DNA from: a virus
Taxonomy: Duplodnaviria; Caudoviricetes
DNA length: 64,000 bases
Direction: 5' to 3' (one strand)
Virus record (IMG/VR): IMGVR_UViG_3300037466_001900
Span: 1,608 to 65,607 of that record
Positions within the stretch are counted from its first letter, which is position 1. The number at the start of each line of letters is the position of its first letter. The notes beneath the pieces were generated by a model. That model did no database searches. It was not told where the DNA came from and worked only from the letters and a program-made list of their open reading frames with translations. The position numbers were made by a program, and so were the translations under genes. Of this stretch, positions 63,285-64,000 are shown piece by piece.

Positions 63285-64000
63285 ATGCCTGCAGGTCTCA
63301 TTCGTAAGGCACAGCCGACGGTATCTCAAGTTCACACCGCGGCTCCGCTTACCAATATCGCTGTCGCCTATATGCAGGACGACAGCAGCTATATTGCCGA
63401 CAAGGTCTTTCCGATCGTGCCGGTGGAGTTTCAGTCGGACCTTTACTACAAGTGGTCGAAGGATGACTTCTTCCGCGATGAGGCACAGATCCGTGCTGAC
63501 GGCCAAGAGTCGGCCGGTTCGGGTCTTGGCCTCACGACCGATAGCTACTCGGCTGCGGTTTGGGCGCTTCACAAAGACATTGGCGATCAGCTCCGGCGCA
63601 ATGCTGACCCGTCAGTAGACATAGAGGTCTCGGTCACTCGGGCCTTGATGCAGAAGCTCCTCATTCGCCGGGATCGGCAGTTCGCCTCGAAGTATCTGGC
63701 AACCTCGATCTGGGGAACGGACATCACCGGCTCGGCTACGCCGTCTGGTGCCCAGGTCTACCAGTGGTCGGATGGCGCCAACTCGGACCCGTTCTCGGAC
63801 GTGGCCGATGGTCAGACCAAGGTCCTTCAGAACACTGGCCAGTCGGTCAACACTCTGGTCCTGGGCTTCCCGGTTTACCAGGCACTTCGCAAGCATCCGT
63901 TGGTCATCGACCGCATCAAGTACACGATGCAGGCCGATGCCCGGGCGATCACCCCAGAACTGATGGCCGCGGCTTTCGACGTCGATCGTGTTCTGGTTGC
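63285..64000 (+). CDS. Major capsid protein (lambda gpE-like), truncated by the window; not in ORF track
   Basis: AAAGGAAAC RBS; MPAGLIRKAQP..VHT.APLTNIAVAY.QD...IADKVFP.VPV...; open to 64000. Confidence 0.88.
   Translation, partial: MPAGLIRKAQPTVSQVHTAAPLTNIAVAYMQDDSSYIADKVFPIVPVEFQSDLYYKWSKDDFFRDEAQIRADGQESAGSGLGLTTDSYSAAVWALHKDIGDQLRRNADPSVDIEVSVTRALMQKLLIRRDRQFASKYLATSIWGTDITGSATPSGAQVYQWSDGANSDPFSDVADGQTKVLQNTGQSVNTLVLGFPVYQALRKHPLVIDRIKYTMQADARAITPELMAAAFDVDRVLV

Noticed and set aside
1-64000. Genome-wide TAG recoding
   Set aside because: Many genes end cleanly in TAG next to the following start (1185, 6283, 13066, 13807); only one internal TAG found and no suppressor tRNA
1-64000. 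Prophage or temperate lifestyle, tRNA genes
   Set aside because: No integrase, att-like site, CI/Cro pair, host flanking genes or cloverleaf seen; the missing few kb lie in the capsid/neck region

Overview
About 64 kb of an almost complete, circularly permuted tailed-phage genome. It is siphovirus-type (tail tube and tape measure, no sheath) with a GTA-like baseplate module (DUF2460/DUF2163/NlpC-P60/megatron) that suggests an alphaproteobacterial host. No integrase, repressor, tRNA or CRISPR was seen, so it is probably virulent. The window opens in a head-tail gene and ends inside the major capsid gene. Layout: tail and lysis genes (+, 1-16.9 kb); nucleotide metabolism, DNA modification and replication genes (-, 17.0-36.0 kb); early genes, primase-helicase, a putative iteron origin and a NusG-like gene (+, 36.1-48.1 kb); a small leftward early cluster (-, 48.5-50.5 kb); terminase, portal and head genes (+, 51.5-64 kb). 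The strongest candidate for a new system is a cytosine hypermodification pathway. It pairs a T4-like pre-replicative kit (TS homolog with the dCMP-type Asp determinant, dNMP kinase, MazG-like pyrophosphatase, dCMP deaminase, ThyX, own PolA) with an asparagine-synthetase-like amidotransferase and a divergent C5-cytosine MTase. In that MTase, motif X reads GKS instead of GNS (the position of the N-to-K change that makes engineered MTases carboxymethyltransferases) and motif VI reads DDL instead of ENV. Other notable items: a C-terminal Hint domain on the central tail fibre, a five-copy GGGTTT(T)A-N15-TGACA promoter motif, a repeat-delimited mini-gene cassette array, a 16-aa-repeat putative head fibre and a ParB-XkdF protease fusion. 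Family assignments come from motif recognition by eye, not database searches.
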